Shown: piece after piece, positions 16,865-27,260 of the stretch | Layout: the number at the start of each line of letters is the position of its first letter | How positions within the stretch are numbered: position 1 is the stretch's first letter | DNA from: a virus | Lineage: Duplodnaviria > Caudoviricetes | Virus record (IMG/VR): IMGVR_UViG_3300046741_000008 | Span: 1 to 56,043 of that record | Direction: 5' to 3' (one strand) | DNA length: 56,043 nucleotides | Notes under the pieces: model-generated | What the model was told of the DNA's origin: nothing | Seen by the model: only the letters and a program-made list of their open reading frames with translations | The model's database searches: none | Position numbers and translations under genes: made by a program

Positions 16865-17039
16865 TCAGAAATCCCGGCCACCACCGACGGCGACGAAAAA
16901 TCACGCAAGTTCACGTGGCAGAAAACCGCGCAGACTCACTACGCGCCGCTGGGCCGAACTGAACAAAGCACCGTCTGAGGCCGAAAAGGCGCGATTGGCA
17001 GACAATCCGACCACCACCAACCGTTCACCCGGAGGCCTC

Positions 17040-17300
17040 ATGAAGCCCACCAAGCCAGGCAACCACCTGATCGACCCGCAGCGCATCCGCGCGCTGGGCA
17101 CCGGCATCGGCCAGAGCCAGCAGCGCAGCAAGACCACCGGCGGCATGCGAGCGCAGAAGGTCGCTGACATGATGACGCCGAAGGTTCGGAGCATCGCCGC
17201 CCCGGGCTACCCGCCCGTCGATCCGATGATGGCCGACATCCGGCAGGACTATCCCGGGCTGGACGCCGCGCTTCCGGTCAACGGCGACGTTCCCTGCTGA
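17040..17300 (+). CDS. Hypothetical protein
   Basis: GGAGG RBS; TGATG overlap with terL. Confidence 0.6.
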   Translation: MKPTKPGNHLIDPQRIRALGTGIGQSQQRSKTTGGMRAQKVADMMTPKVRSIAAPGYPPVDPMMADIRQDYPGLDAALPVNGDVPC

Positions 17301-18838
17301 TGGGAACAGCTGGCGCCCAGGCCAGCGCGCCGATGAGCGAGCGCCAGCAGATTGAGGCCGCGCTCGCGGAGATAGCCGATCGGTTCGTCGAATACGAGTT
17401 CGACCCGCTCGGCTTTGTCATGTGGGCCTTCCCCTGGGGCGTGCCTGGTACTGACCTCGAGGGTGAGGATGGGCCGGAGCAGTGGCAGATCGACCAGCTC
17501 ACCCGCATTGGGGACAAGCTGCGCGCTGGCGCCGACCTCGGGGCGGTGCTCAAAGAGGACATCAGCGCCGGCCACGGCGTCGGCAAGAGCGCCGAGGTTG
17601 CGTGGCTGATCCTCTGGGCCATGTCCCGCGAGGACACCCGAGGCGTCGTGACGGCGACCACGGCCACGCAGCTCAAGACGAAGACCTGGGCCGAGCTGGC
17701 CAAGTGGTATCAGCTCTACGTGGCGAAAGAGCTATTCACGCTCACCACGGAGTCGCTTTACTCGGCTGACCCTGACCACGCCAAGACGTGGCGGATCGAC
17801 GCGGTGCCGTGGTCGGTGTCGAACACCGAGTCGTTCGCCGGCATGCACAACAAGGGCAAGCGCATCCTGCTGATCTTCGACGAGGCCTCAGGCATCGACG
17901 ACAAGATCTGGGAGGTCGCCGAGGGCGCGCTTACCGACGCGAAGACGCAGATCGTCTGGTGCCGCTACGGCAACCCGACGCAGACCACCGGCGAGTTCCA
18001 CAAGCGCTGCACGCGGCCGAAGCCTGGCATCAACGAGTACCACCGGGTCGACAGCCGCACGGTCAGGTTCACGAACAAGAAGCAGATCCAGGCGTGGGTC
18101 GACGAGTACGGCGAGGACAGCGACTTCGTGCGCGTGCGCGTCAAGGGCCAGTTCCCGCGGGCCGGCGCATCCAACTTCATCAGCCCGGAGCTGGTGGAGA
18201 ACGCGCGCCGCCGTCGCGTGCCGCGCATGGCTTGGCAGGCCTATCCCATCATCCTGAGCGTCGACCCGGCTCGCTTCGGCGACGACTGGAGCGTCATCAC
18301 GATACGCCAGGGCCTGAAGGTCCACTACCAGGTGTCGATGTGGGGGTTCGACGGGCCGGAGCTGGCTGGCCGCATCTGGGAGCTGCTCCAGAAGCTGGAG
18401 AACGTTTCGTGCATCGTCTACGACGCCAACGGAAACGGGGCCGACCTCGACAGCGCGCTGAGGCGCATGCCGGGCCTACCGCCGCTCGTGCCGGTGATGT
18501 GGGGCGTGCCGGCCAAGGACGACAAGCAGTATTTCAACCAGCGCAGCGAGTGCTGGGGAAAGATGCGCGACTGGATGAAGGACGGTGAGGTGCCCGACGT
18601 CGACGAGCTGGCCGATGAGCTGACGAGCATGGACTACGGCTACGACGCGCTGTTTCGCATCCAGTTGGTCAGCAAGCAGGACATGAAGCGCGAGGGGAAG
18701 AAGTCGCCCGATCACGCCGACAGCCTGGCGTTGAGCTTCATCCCGGAGCTGATGGATCGCAAGATCGTCTCGGCCAAGGCCAGGCCGGTGCGCAGCCGCA
18801 AAATCGTTTGGTCCGGCAACGGGCTCGGAGTAGGATGA
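17300..18838 (+). CDS. terL: Terminase large subunit
   Basis: Walker A AGHGVGKS, Walker B LIFDEASG, GNPT, nuclease SVDPARFGDD and SPDHADSLAL. Confidence 0.95.
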   Translation: MGTAGAQASAPMSERQQIEAALAEIADRFVEYEFDPLGFVMWAFPWGVPGTDLEGEDGPEQWQIDQLTRIGDKLRAGADLGAVLKEDISAGHGVGKSAEVAWLILWAMSREDTRGVVTATTATQLKTKTWAELAKWYQLYVAKELFTLTTESLYSADPDHAKTWRIDAVPWSVSNTESFAGMHNKGKRILLIFDEASGIDDKIWEVAEGALTDAKTQIVWCRYGNPTQTTGEFHKRCTRPKPGINEYHRVDSRTVRFTNKKQIQAWVDEYGEDSDFVRVRVKGQFPRAGASNFISPELVENARRRRVPRMAWQAYPIILSVDPARFGDDWSVITIRQGLKVHYQVSMWGFDGPELAGRIWELLQKLENVSCIVYDANGNGADLDSALRRMPGLPPLVPVMWGVPAKDDKQYFNQRSECWGKMRDWMKDGEVPDVDELADELTSMDYGYDALFRIQLVSKQDMKREGKKSPDHADSLALSFIPELMDRKIVSAKARPVRSRKIVWSGNGLGVG

Positions 18839-18887
18839 CGGCGCAAGTTGCATGGGTGTTCCTCGCGAAGTTGGCCGCAAGGCCTTG

Positions 18888-18913
18888 GCCCCGCCCCGGC
18901 GGGGTTTCCTTTT
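18888..18913 (+). terminator. Intrinsic terminator after terL
   Basis: GCCCCGC-CCCG-GCGGGGT stem followed by TTCCTTTT. Confidence 0.6.
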
Positions 18914-18927
18914 GGTACGATGGCCGC

Positions 18928-19102
18928 GCTGGTCATGCTGGGCCGATCGGCGGCGAGGATGGTCGAGTGGGTGCGCAACGCCCTGCTGTCCTCGCCGGGG
19001 CCTGGTTGGCTGGCGAAAGGTGACGCTGTCGCCTGGTGTTCGACCATCAAAACGGCAGCCCTGAGACCCGCCACGGAGCAATCCAAGGCGGGTTTCTTGT
19101 TT
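18928..19102 (+). ncRNA. Candidate ~175-nt structured small RNA
   Basis: Preceded by TGgTACGAT (18913-18921); forms a long G-U-rich hairpin; ends in a terminator. Confidence 0.4.
19063..19102 (+). terminator. Intrinsic terminator upstream of the portal gene
   Basis: GAGACCCGCC...GGCGGGTTTC stem followed by TTGTTT. Confidence 0.6.
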
Positions 19103-19191
19103 CAGCCCCGCGCGGGGCACAATTCACCCATGCAGCAAGTCCTGCGGGGTTCCGTCCAGATGCTGCCCGTTGACAACTCCGGGGCATCTCC

Positions 19192-21435
19192 ATGGCATCA
19201 CCTCTTGTTCGCCAACTTGGCCTTCAGGCCCTTCTGAAGCGCGACGCGGCCGAGCCGCCGGCACCACAGGACATCTCGCAGGACGTGTGGCCAGCCCTGG
19301 CCGGGCACGTGCGGGCAGCCTGGGGCCGCAACAAGCTGGCGAAGCAGCAGGTTGATCTGCACTTGCTCGATTGCCTGCGGGCGCGGCGCGCGGTGTACTC
19401 TCCGGCGCAGATCAGCGTGATCCAGCAGGCCGGCGGCGGGGCGAACATCGTCTTTACCAAGCTGACAGAGACGAAGTGCCGAGCCGGCTCCGCGTGGATC
19501 CGAGACATCGTGCTGCCGGTGGGCGAGCGGCCGTGGGGGCTGGAGCCGACGCCGATCTCTGAGCTGCCCAAAGAGCTGATGGACATGATCGCCAACAAGG
19601 CAGAGCAGCAGGCGCAAGAGGTCATGGTTGCTCAGTACCAGCAGGCCCAGCAGCAGACGCCTGACGGGCAGGTGGTGCCAACGCCGGTGATGAGCCCGCA
19701 GGACTTCAAACAGAAGGTTTTCGAGTTGAAGGACAAGCTGCGCACCGAATGCGAGGCCCGCGTCACGAAGCTGGCCGATATCCGCGCTAAGCGCATGGAG
19801 CGCCAGATCGACGACCGGCTGGCCGAGGGTGGCTGGGCTGAGGCTATGGACGCCTTCGTCGAGGACTTCGTGACCTACCCAGCGGCCATCATGAAGGGGC
19901 CGGTGTACCAGCGAGTGCAAACCCTGACGTGGGAATCCGGCTGGGTGCCTAAGGTCAGCAACGACCCGAAACAGTGCTGGGAGCAGGTCAGCCCGTTCGA
20001 TGTCTACCCGGCGCCGAGCGCCAAGGATGCGCAGAAGGGCGACTTCATCGAGCGCATGCGGCTGTGGCGAAACACGCTGTTCGACCTGAAGGGGCTGCCC
20101 GGCTTCCAGGACGATCAGATCGACAAGGCCCTGCGCGACTACAGCGGCGGCCACCTCGAAGGCTGGCTGTGGACCGAGGCCGAACGCCAGCGCTTGACGC
20201 AGGAATCCATGTACATGTGGCTGAGCCCCCCCGGGGTGATCGACGCCCTGAACTACTGGGGCGCGGTGCCGGGCTGGCAACTGATGTCCTGGGGCGTTGA
20301 GGGCATCGACGAGCCGACTCGGGACTACGAGTGCAATGTGATCCTGATCGGGCGATACGTGGTCTATGCCGCGCTGAACAGCGACCCGCTTAGCGCGCGC
20401 CCGTACCGCAAGGCCTGCTACGACGAGATCCCTGGTGCGTTCTGGGGCTGCTCAGTGCCCGACCTGGCCGGAGACTGCCAGAAGTTTTGCAACGCCATCG
20501 CCCGCGCCATGGCCGACAACCTATCGATGGCCAGCGGCCCACAGGTCTGGGTGCACGCCGACCGCTTCGCCGACGGCGAGAACAGCATCGAGCTGTACCC
20601 GTGGAAGGTCTGGCAGCTCAAGAGCGACCCCACGCAGGGCGTGAACCCCGGCATCGGCTTCTTCCAGCCGCCCGACAACAGCGCCAACCTGAACGCGGCC
20701 TATGAGAAATGGGAGATGCGCGCGGACGATGCGACCGGCATCCCTCGCTACACCTACGGCAACGAGCGCGTCGGGGGTGCTGGGGACACGGCCTCGGGCC
20801 TTGCCATGCTGCTCAACAGCGCCGCCAAGGGCCTGCGCCGGGCTATCAGCAACATCGACATGCACGTCATCGGGCCGAACATCTTCTCGACGTTCGTGAA
20901 CGAGATGCTCTACAACCCGGACGAGAGCATCAAGGGCGACTGCAAGGCTGTTCCACGTGGAGCAGCCGCGATCCTGATCAAGGACAGCGCGCAGCAGCGG
21001 CGCATCCAGTTCCTGGGCATGACGGCCAACCCGATCGACATGCAGATCATCGGCGTCAAGGGCCGGGCCGCGGTGCTGCGCGAGGTGGCCAACAGCATGG
21101 AGCTAGACACCGACGCCATCGTGCCGAGCGAGGAGCAGCTTGAGCAGCAGCAGGAGGCGGCGGCACAAGCTCAGGCCCAGCAGCAGCAGGCGATGATGCA
21201 GGCCGAGGGCGCCAAGATGCAGGCCGAGCAGCAGGGCCAGATGGCGATCGAGCAGCAGAAGATCCAGGGGCAGAAGGAAATCGCCCAGATGAAGGGTGGC
21301 GCTGCCCAGCAGGACGTGATGACGACCCTGATCGCCGACATCGTGAAAGCGAATCTCGCCAGCAAGAGCGGGGCGGAGCAGCCACAGGCGATCATGCCGA
21401 AGACCGGTCTTGAGGTCGCCCGCTCGGCGGTCTGA
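19192..21435 (+). CDS. Portal protein (podovirus type)
   Basis: 747 aa after terL; VSPFDVYP, FWGCSVPDL, DNLSMASGP and TASGLAML motifs; Q-rich helical C-terminus. Confidence 0.85.
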   Translation: MASPLVRQLGLQALLKRDAAEPPAPQDISQDVWPALAGHVRAAWGRNKLAKQQVDLHLLDCLRARRAVYSPAQISVIQQAGGGANIVFTKLTETKCRAGSAWIRDIVLPVGERPWGLEPTPISELPKELMDMIANKAEQQAQEVMVAQYQQAQQQTPDGQVVPTPVMSPQDFKQKVFELKDKLRTECEARVTKLADIRAKRMERQIDDRLAEGGWAEAMDAFVEDFVTYPAAIMKGPVYQRVQTLTWESGWVPKVSNDPKQCWEQVSPFDVYPAPSAKDAQKGDFIERMRLWRNTLFDLKGLPGFQDDQIDKALRDYSGGHLEGWLWTEAERQRLTQESMYMWLSPPGVIDALNYWGAVPGWQLMSWGVEGIDEPTRDYECNVILIGRYVVYAALNSDPLSARPYRKACYDEIPGAFWGCSVPDLAGDCQKFCNAIARAMADNLSMASGPQVWVHADRFADGENSIELYPWKVWQLKSDPTQGVNPGIGFFQPPDNSANLNAAYEKWEMRADDATGIPRYTYGNERVGGAGDTASGLAMLLNSAAKGLRRAISNIDMHVIGPNIFSTFVNEMLYNPDESIKGDCKAVPRGAAAILIKDSAQQRRIQFLGMTANPIDMQIIGVKGRAAVLREVANSMELDTDAIVPSEEQLEQQQEAAAQAQAQQQQAMMQAEGAKMQAEQQGQMAIEQQKIQGQKEIAQMKGGAAQQDVMTTLIADIVKANLASKSGAEQPQAIMPKTGLEVARSAV

Positions 21436-21438
21436 CGC

Positions 21439-24400
21439 ATGCCGCACTACGAAGAACTGTTCGCTCAGGTCTACGAACTTGGCGACCCACTGACGGCAGT
21501 CAACTGGGGCGATATCGGCGGCACGCTGTCTGACCAGACGGATCTGCAGGCGGCGCTGAACGCGAAGCTGGACGACAGCCAGGCCGCCGCGTTCGGGCTG
21601 GTGCTGCTGGCCACGGCCACAGCGGCCGACGCTCGCACGGCGCTCGCCTTGGTGCCTGGAACGGACGTGCAGCCGTGGGACGCTGAGCTGACGGCTATCG
21701 CTGGATTGGCCTCTGCCGCTGACACGCTGCCTTATTTCACTGGCTCGGCAACTGCAGCGCTCACCGGATTCACCGCCTTCGCGCGCACTCTGCTTGATGA
21801 CGCTGACGCGCTGACCATGCGCGCAACGCTCGGCCTGGTGATCGGCACCAACGTGCAGGCCTGGGATGCTGAACTGCAGGCCATTGCTGGGCTGGTCAGC
21901 GCCGCAGATCGGCTGCCTTACTTCACCGGCAGCGGGACGGCAGCGCTGGCCACGTTCACGGCAGGCGGGCGGGCCCTGGTCAACAGCGCCGGCACCGCCG
22001 ATACCTTCCCCTACTTCTCGGCGTCAAACACGGTAACGCTTGGCGCGATCACGGCGTTCGGGCGCAGCCTGATCGACGACGCCACGGCGGCCGACGCCCG
22101 CACGACCCTTGGCCTGGGCACTTCCGACTCGCCGACATTCGCGGCCTTGACGGTCACCGGGCTATCCGCGCTGGCTTCCGTGACGGCTTCCAGCACGCTT
22201 GGGGTCACCGGACTGTCGACGCTGGCTACGGCAGTCAATGCTGGCTCGCTGCAGGCCACAAAGACCGGCTCGACGGCGATCACCCCGCAGTGGCAGATGA
22301 ATGGGGCGGGCGTTGTCAATGGCGCGGCCGGGAGCGCCTATGGGCTTAACCGATGGTCAGCCGACACGGGCTCTGCTGGCCTGCTCCTGTCGAAGTCGCG
22401 TGGCGCTACCACCGGCACGCACACGGTGGTGGCCAACGGTGACACGCTGGGGCGCCTGGGGTTCATGGGCAGCGACGGGGCGGCCTTCTTTGAGGCGGCA
22501 CGAATCGACGCAGTCGTCTCTGGCGCTCCGGCTGCCGGCAGCGTGCCTGGCGCACTGGTCTTCTCGACCACCGCTGTTGCCGGCGGCTCCGCGACCACTG
22601 CGCTGACGCTCAACGCCGACCAGAGCGCAGCGTTCGCCGCGCACGTCAACGCGCCGACGACGATGGTGATCGGCAACACCGCGGCCATCCCGGCAAACAC
22701 GCGCGTTCTGATCGACAGGCAGGGGACTGGCACGCTGCCCACGCTCAGTGGCGGCACTGTCCTGACCCTGCAGGGCAACAACGCGGCAAGCAGCGGCGCA
22801 TTCCTGGCGATCATCGCGGGCACCACTGGTGTGGCTGCAGTTCGGTTCGGGGATAGCGGTTCGGCGGTGCAGGGGCGGATCGACTACGACAACTCCACCG
22901 ACATGATGTCGTTTTATGCCAGCAATACGGCATATCTGACGCTCAGCTCGGCCGGGGTCCTGTCGGCAGCTGGTGCGTTCAATGCATCGTCGGGCGCGTT
23001 CAATACCACGACCCTGCGCGCCTTCAACAGCGGTGGCGCTGTTACTCCGGTGCTGCAGGTAAACGGCAATGCTTCGGCCACATCGTCACTTGCGCTCGGG
23101 CGCTGGGGCAGCGCGATCGGCGGCCCGCCCGACATCGTGCTCGGGATCTCGGCGGGCGCAGTCGGCACCCATACCATCGTGGCCAATGCCGACGTGATCG
23201 GCCGGCTGTCGTTCAACGGCAGCGATGGGACCGCCTTCATCGAAGCAGCGCGCATTGAGGCGTTTGTGAACGGCACGCCGGGCACCAACGACATGCCCGG
23301 CGGCCTGCGGTTCTACACCACACCGGATGGCTCGGCTACGCCGGCCGTTGCGCTGACGATCGGGCAGGACAAGGCGGCTGCATTCGCTGGATCGCTCAGC
23401 GTCACCGGGCTGGCGTCTCTTCCGTCATTGACAAGCGGCCCGGCGCTTCAGACATATTTCACGACAGCCGGCGCGGTCCCTAACTGGCAAATGGTCGGGG
23501 CATCAGCCGCCGAGTCTTTCTTGGGCGTCAGCAGATTCGTTGCCGGCGTCGGTGGGCCTGCAATCTTCATGGGCCATTCGCGAGGAGCTGCGGCCGGCAC
23601 GCACACGGTCATTAACTCCGGCGACTCGATGGGAATCATCGGGTTTTTTGGCAGCGATGGGACGCAGTTCAGAGAGGGTGCGCGCATTGCCGCCGATGTC
23701 GACGGCACGCCAGGCACTGGAGATATGCCCGGGCGCCTGCTGCTTATGGTGTCTCCTGACGGCGCAGCGGCACCCGTTGAGGCCTTGCGGCTGTCTCAGG
23801 ACTTGGCGGCGCTATTCGCCGGCTCGGTAACGGCTACAGGGACGCTCGCTGCGTCTGCTGCTGCGACGGTTGGAACCACGCTTGGAGTAACTGGGGCGGC
23901 GACTCTGGCATCGACCCTCGTCGTTGGCGACAACGTCGCAATCCCGAACAATACAAAGGCTTTCATAGACCGCCTCACTGCCTCGCCTCTGCCGGCGCTT
24001 ACGGCTGGCACCGTGCTGACTCTTGCAGGCTCTGTCACGGCCGGCAGTTCGGCGCTCCTGCAGATCATCAGCGGCAACACAGCCACAACTGGGTTGCGAT
24101 TTGGGGATACGGACGACCCGAATCGGGGGCGTGTCGACTACAACCACAACACTGACGCGATGTCGCTAGCCACAGCTGGAACGGCTGCGATCACCATCGA
24201 TTCAACGCAGAACGTGACCGTCGCCGGCGGCATCACTGGCACCAACATTTACAACACCTATACGCCGACGCTGACGGCGATCACCAACGTGGCGGCCAGC
24301 AGCGCCAACGTCTCAGGGTGGATCCGCATCGGCAACGCAGTGCTGGTGTTCGCCCAGATCAGTGTGACGGCAACAGCAGCCGCGGCACTGACGGTGATCG

Positions 24401-24600
24401 ACCTCAGCCTGCCGGTCGCATCTGCGCTGTCCGCGGCCACCCAGTGCGTAGGAACCGGATCGATCCTCACGGCAGGCACTGAGGTCGCCGGGGTGGCTAT
24501 CAGCGCCAACGCAACCAACGACCGTGCCCGTGCGACCTTCGTCTCGACATCGAACGCGGCCCGCACCTACACCTTGGTTTTCGGCTACATCGTCATCTAA
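21439..24600 (+). CDS. Fibre-like virion protein with nested repeats
   Basis: Ala/Thr/Gly/Ser-rich; [14 protein letters not shown]...LPYFTG repeats, three G.LG.F.GSDG..F.EAARI modules, two RFGD...GR.DY modules; fibre-type C-terminal YTPTL...WIRIGN domain. Confidence 0.8.
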   Translation: MPHYEELFAQVYELGDPLTAVNWGDIGGTLSDQTDLQAALNAKLDDSQAAAFGLVLLATATAADARTALALVPGTDVQPWDAELTAIAGLASAADTLPYFTGSATAALTGFTAFARTLLDDADALTMRATLGLVIGTNVQAWDAELQAIAGLVSAADRLPYFTGSGTAALATFTAGGRALVNSAGTADTFPYFSASNTVTLGAITAFGRSLIDDATAADARTTLGLGTSDSPTFAALTVTGLSALASVTASSTLGVTGLSTLATAVNAGSLQATKTGSTAITPQWQMNGAGVVNGAAGSAYGLNRWSADTGSAGLLLSKSRGATTGTHTVVANGDTLGRLGFMGSDGAAFFEAARIDAVVSGAPAAGSVPGALVFSTTAVAGGSATTALTLNADQSAAFAAHVNAPTTMVIGNTAAIPANTRVLIDRQGTGTLPTLSGGTVLTLQGNNAASSGAFLAIIAGTTGVAAVRFGDSGSAVQGRIDYDNSTDMMSFYASNTAYLTLSSAGVLSAAGAFNASSGAFNTTTLRAFNSGGAVTPVLQVNGNASATSSLALGRWGSAIGGPPDIVLGISAGAVGTHTIVANADVIGRLSFNGSDGTAFIEAARIEAFVNGTPGTNDMPGGLRFYTTPDGSATPAVALTIGQDKAAAFAGSLSVTGLASLPSLTSGPALQTYFTTAGAVPNWQMVGASAAESFLGVSRFVAGVGGPAIFMGHSRGAAAGTHTVINSGDSMGIIGFFGSDGTQFREGARIAADVDGTPGTGDMPGRLLLMVSPDGAAAPVEALRLSQDLAALFAGSVTATGTLAASAAATVGTTLGVTGAATLASTLVVGDNVAIPNNTKAFIDRLTASPLPALTAGTVLTLAGSVTAGSSALLQIISGNTATTGLRFGDTDDPNRGRVDYNHNTDAMSLATAGTAAITIDSTQNVTVAGGITGTNIYNTYTPTLTAITNVAASSANVSGWIRIGNAVLVFAQISVTATAAAALTVIDLSLPVASALSAATQCVGTGSILTAGTEVAGVAISANATNDRARATFVSTSNAARTYTLVFGYIVI

Positions 24601-24625
24601 GCCGGTTCGCCGCATAATCGCGCCC

Positions 24626-24925
24626 ATGGGGCAGCAATCATTGACGGAAACCGACCTCGAATTCCTGCGGCGCTTCTCGCGCTCAGGCGAGGGCAGGCTG
24701 TGGATGGAGCTGCTTCAACGCAACCTCGCCGACACGGACAAGCGCTTGCGCTCGACCGTCGGCGATGACCTGTTGAGGCAACAGGGTCGCGCACAGCTCT
24801 TGGCCGAGCTGATCGACCAGGTTGACAAGGCGGAAGAGCCTTTCAAGCGAAAGGACGTGGCGCGGCGCCCCGTTGCGGGGTTCGGCGTCACACCGGGCGA
24901 ACCCTCGTCGTCGTGGCAGGCGTGA
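24626..24925 (+). CDS. Small head-assembly protein of the kind usually next to the portal
   Basis: LLRQQGRAQLLAELI motif; CATAAT 7 nt before the ATG. Confidence 0.65.
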   Translation: MGQQSLTETDLEFLRRFSRSGEGRLWMELLQRNLADTDKRLRSTVGDDLLRQQGRAQLLAELIDQVDKAEEPFKRKDVARRPVAGFGVTPGEPSSSWQA

Positions 24926-24997
24926 GATCGACCGTTCCTACCGACCCGAACCCCAGTGGCATGGGCCTGATGCCTGGATCGTGGAGACACTGAACAA

Positions 24998-25993
24998 ATG
25001 ACAGCAGCAGCAGCTCTCGACAGAAGCAAGCTCCCCCGGTCGCTTGTGCGCAAGCTCGAAGACATCGAGCGGCGCCATACGGCCAACGCTGACGGCAGCA
25101 CCGAACCGATCGACCCCGCCAACGCCCCGCCAGGCGCCGCGACGGAGACGAACCCGGGCGAGGCCCAGCCGACCGACCCCACGAAGACCGAACCGCAGCT
25201 TGAGCTGCAGCGTCCGGCCGATCCCGGGCCCGACCCGACCGAAACCGCCGCCTACTGGAAGCAACGGTTCTCCGTTGTCCAAGGCATGCAGCGCGAAGAA
25301 CGTCGTAAGGCAGACGCCAGGGAATCCGAGCTGAACGACCGCATTTCGAGTTTGGAATCCGAGATCAAAGCCCTGAAGGCCAGCGCCAACCCGGCACCGG
25401 TCGACCTGAAAGCCGTGTTCACGCCCGAGCAGATCGAAGCGCTCGGAGAGGAGCAGGCCGCCGCCATCGCGCGGGCATCGACGGCAGCTGCACGCCAGCA
25501 TGTCGACGAGACCCTTGCGGAGCGGCAAGCCGCCGAGGAGACTCGCCGGCAGGCCCAGGCCCAGCGTGAGCAGGAGCGCCGCAAGGAAGCGTTTTACGAC
25601 GCCCTCGACGCGGAAGTGCCGGACTGGCGCACGGTCGACGCAAGGCAGGACTGGCGCCAATGGCTCGGCGAAGCCGATCCCCTGACCGGCCAGATGCGAC
25701 AAGGCAGCCTCACGGCGGCCGTCAACTCTGGCGACGTGGCAACGTGTGCCGCGATGTTCGAAGCGTTCCGAAAGACGCTCTCGCGCACCGCAGCGCCGGT
25801 ACCGCCGGTGGCCGCCCCGCGCGCCGCTGGTGCGCCGGCAGCACCGATGCCCGCGCAGGCCGGTGATCGTTCGCAGATGCCGCCGACGAAGGCCGAGATC
25901 GACGATTACTACAAGCGGATGTCGATCAATCGCGGGCGAAGTGTCAGCGCCGAGGAGCGTGCTGAGTTCGAGAAGCGGCTGCAGCTGTTGTGA
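24998..25993 (+). CDS. Capsid scaffolding protein
   Basis: Pro-rich N-terminus and coiled coils; immediately upstream of the coat gene. Confidence 0.75.
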   Translation: MTAAAALDRSKLPRSLVRKLEDIERRHTANADGSTEPIDPANAPPGAATETNPGEAQPTDPTKTEPQLELQRPADPGPDPTETAAYWKQRFSVVQGMQREERRKADARESELNDRISSLESEIKALKASANPAPVDLKAVFTPEQIEALGEEQAAAIARASTAAARQHVDETLAERQAAEETRRQAQAQREQERRKEAFYDALDAEVPDWRTVDARQDWRQWLGEADPLTGQMRQGSLTAAVNSGDVATCAAMFEAFRKTLSRTAAPVPPVAAPRAAGAPAAPMPAQAGDRSQMPPTKAEIDDYYKRMSINRGRSVSAEERAEFEKRLQLL

Positions 25994-26019
25994 GCCCCCG
26001 CTAACCCATTAGGGGGCTC
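25992..26019 (+). promoter_or_regulatory. Hairpin between the scaffold stop and the coat RBS
   Basis: GAGCCCC...GGGGCTC stem with inner CTAA/TTAG pairing. Confidence 0.45.
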
Positions 26020-26037
26020 CGACACTTAGGAGCCATC

Positions 26038-26979
26038 ATGGGCGTTCCACGCGCATCAGGTATCCCGGACTATGGTCCCAGCGGTACCGTCAAATTCCTT
26101 CCCGAGGTCTGGTCGGGCAAGCTGGTCGAGAAGTTCTACAAGACCACGGTCTTCGGTGAAATCGCCAGCACCGACTACGAGGGCGAGATCGCCGGCTTCG
26201 GCGCGAACGTGATCATCCGGACCATTCCGGACATCACGGTCAGCGACTACGTGATCGGCGAGGGGCTGACGCCTCAATACCCGTCGCGAAACTCGGTGAC
26301 GCTGTCGATCGACAAGGCCAAGTCGTTCAACGTGGCGCTGAACACGGTGGATAGCCGTCAATCGGACCTGGACCTCGCGGACGTGTTCGCGAACGACGGT
26401 TCGATGCAGCTGCGCATCGCGGCCGACGCCGACATGCTGGAGACGATCCCGGCGGATGTCAGTGCGGACAACAGCGGCTCCACCGCTGGCGCTGACTCCA
26501 ACGACATCGACCTCGGCACTGCCGCGTCTCCGCGTGCCATCTCGGCCGCCAACGCCGTCGAACTGTTCACTGACATGGGTCAGGTGCTGGACGAGCAGAG
26601 CGTCAGCGACGAAGGCCGTTGGACGGTGATCCCGCCGTGGCTGACCAACCTGATCAAGAACAGCGAGCTGAAGATTGCCAGCCTGGCCGGCGACGGGGTT
26701 TCGATCCTGCGCAATGGCAAGGTTGGCGAGATCGACCGCTTCACGATCTACCAGTCGCGCAACATCCTGCGCCAGACGAGCCCGGCCGTGGCGTCCTACG
26801 TCATGTTCGGTCACTCGGCCGGCCTGACGTTCGCGGCGCAGATCGTCGAGTGCCAGATGATCGACAACCCGAGCGACTTCGGTTACCTCATCCGTGGCCT
26901 GATGGTCTACGGCTTCGAGGTGATCGAGCCGTCGTACGTCGGCACCGCTGTCGTCGCCAAGGCACCGGCCTCGCCGTAA
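26038..26979 (+). CDS. Major capsid protein (P22 coat-like, HK97 fold)
   Basis: FLPEVWSGKLVEKFY...TDYEGEI...LSIDKAKSF...LDEQSV..GRW...IRGLMVYG pattern; strong RBS. Confidence 0.9.
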   Translation: MGVPRASGIPDYGPSGTVKFLPEVWSGKLVEKFYKTTVFGEIASTDYEGEIAGFGANVIIRTIPDITVSDYVIGEGLTPQYPSRNSVTLSIDKAKSFNVALNTVDSRQSDLDLADVFANDGSMQLRIAADADMLETIPADVSADNSGSTAGADSNDIDLGTAASPRAISAANAVELFTDMGQVLDEQSVSDEGRWTVIPPWLTNLIKNSELKIASLAGDGVSILRNGKVGEIDRFTIYQSRNILRQTSPAVASYVMFGHSAGLTFAAQIVECQMIDNPSDFGYLIRGLMVYGFEVIEPSYVGTAVVAKAPASP

Positions 26980-27000
26980 GGCGCTGATCGGCGCACACTG

Positions 27001-27030
27001 AGGGCCTGGGGCAACCTGGGCCCTTCGTTC
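27001..27030 (+). terminator. GNRA hairpin / weak terminator after the coat gene
   Basis: AGGGCCTGGG-GCAA-CCTGGGCCCT followed by TCGTTC. Confidence 0.5.
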
Positions 27031-27053
27031 ACCACACCGAAAGGAGATCCATC

Positions 27054-27260
27054 ATGGGTCTGAAAGTCTCCAACCCATACGGCGCCAACGACACCTACAA
27101 GTCGGGCAGCGCCATCGTCGACGACCAGAACCGCCGGGCATCCAGCAAGGCGAAGGCGCGGTTTCCCGATCCTCCGCTTTCGACCAGCCAAAAGAACGGC
27201 GAGCAAGGGAAAATGAAGCGTCCGGCCTACACGCCGGGCAGCTCACCCGCCGGTTCGTAA
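27054..27260 (+). CDS. Small basic protein in the head region
   Basis: AAAGGAG RBS; 68 aa. Confidence 0.65.
   Translation: MGLKVSNPYGANDTYKSGSAIVDDQNRRASSKAKARFPDPPLSTSQKNGEQGKMKRPAYTPGSSPAGS

Noticed and set aside
16865-17039. pac site or ncRNA after terS
   Set aside because: Non-coding gap with no repeat or convincing fold; cannot be supported without read-end data
19198-20280. Long antisense or alternate-frame ORFs (also 27227-28444, 35851-37245, 52382-53383)
   Set aside because: Shadow ORFs expected opposite real genes in high-GC DNA; no motifs or RBS
21130-21320. CAG-rich repeat in the portal gene
   Set aside because: Encodes the Gln-rich helical barrel typical of podoviral portals
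21439-24600. Diversity-generating retroelement target
   Set aside because: Repeats are diverged at the protein level with no adenine-specific template/variable pair, and no reverse transcriptase gene is present
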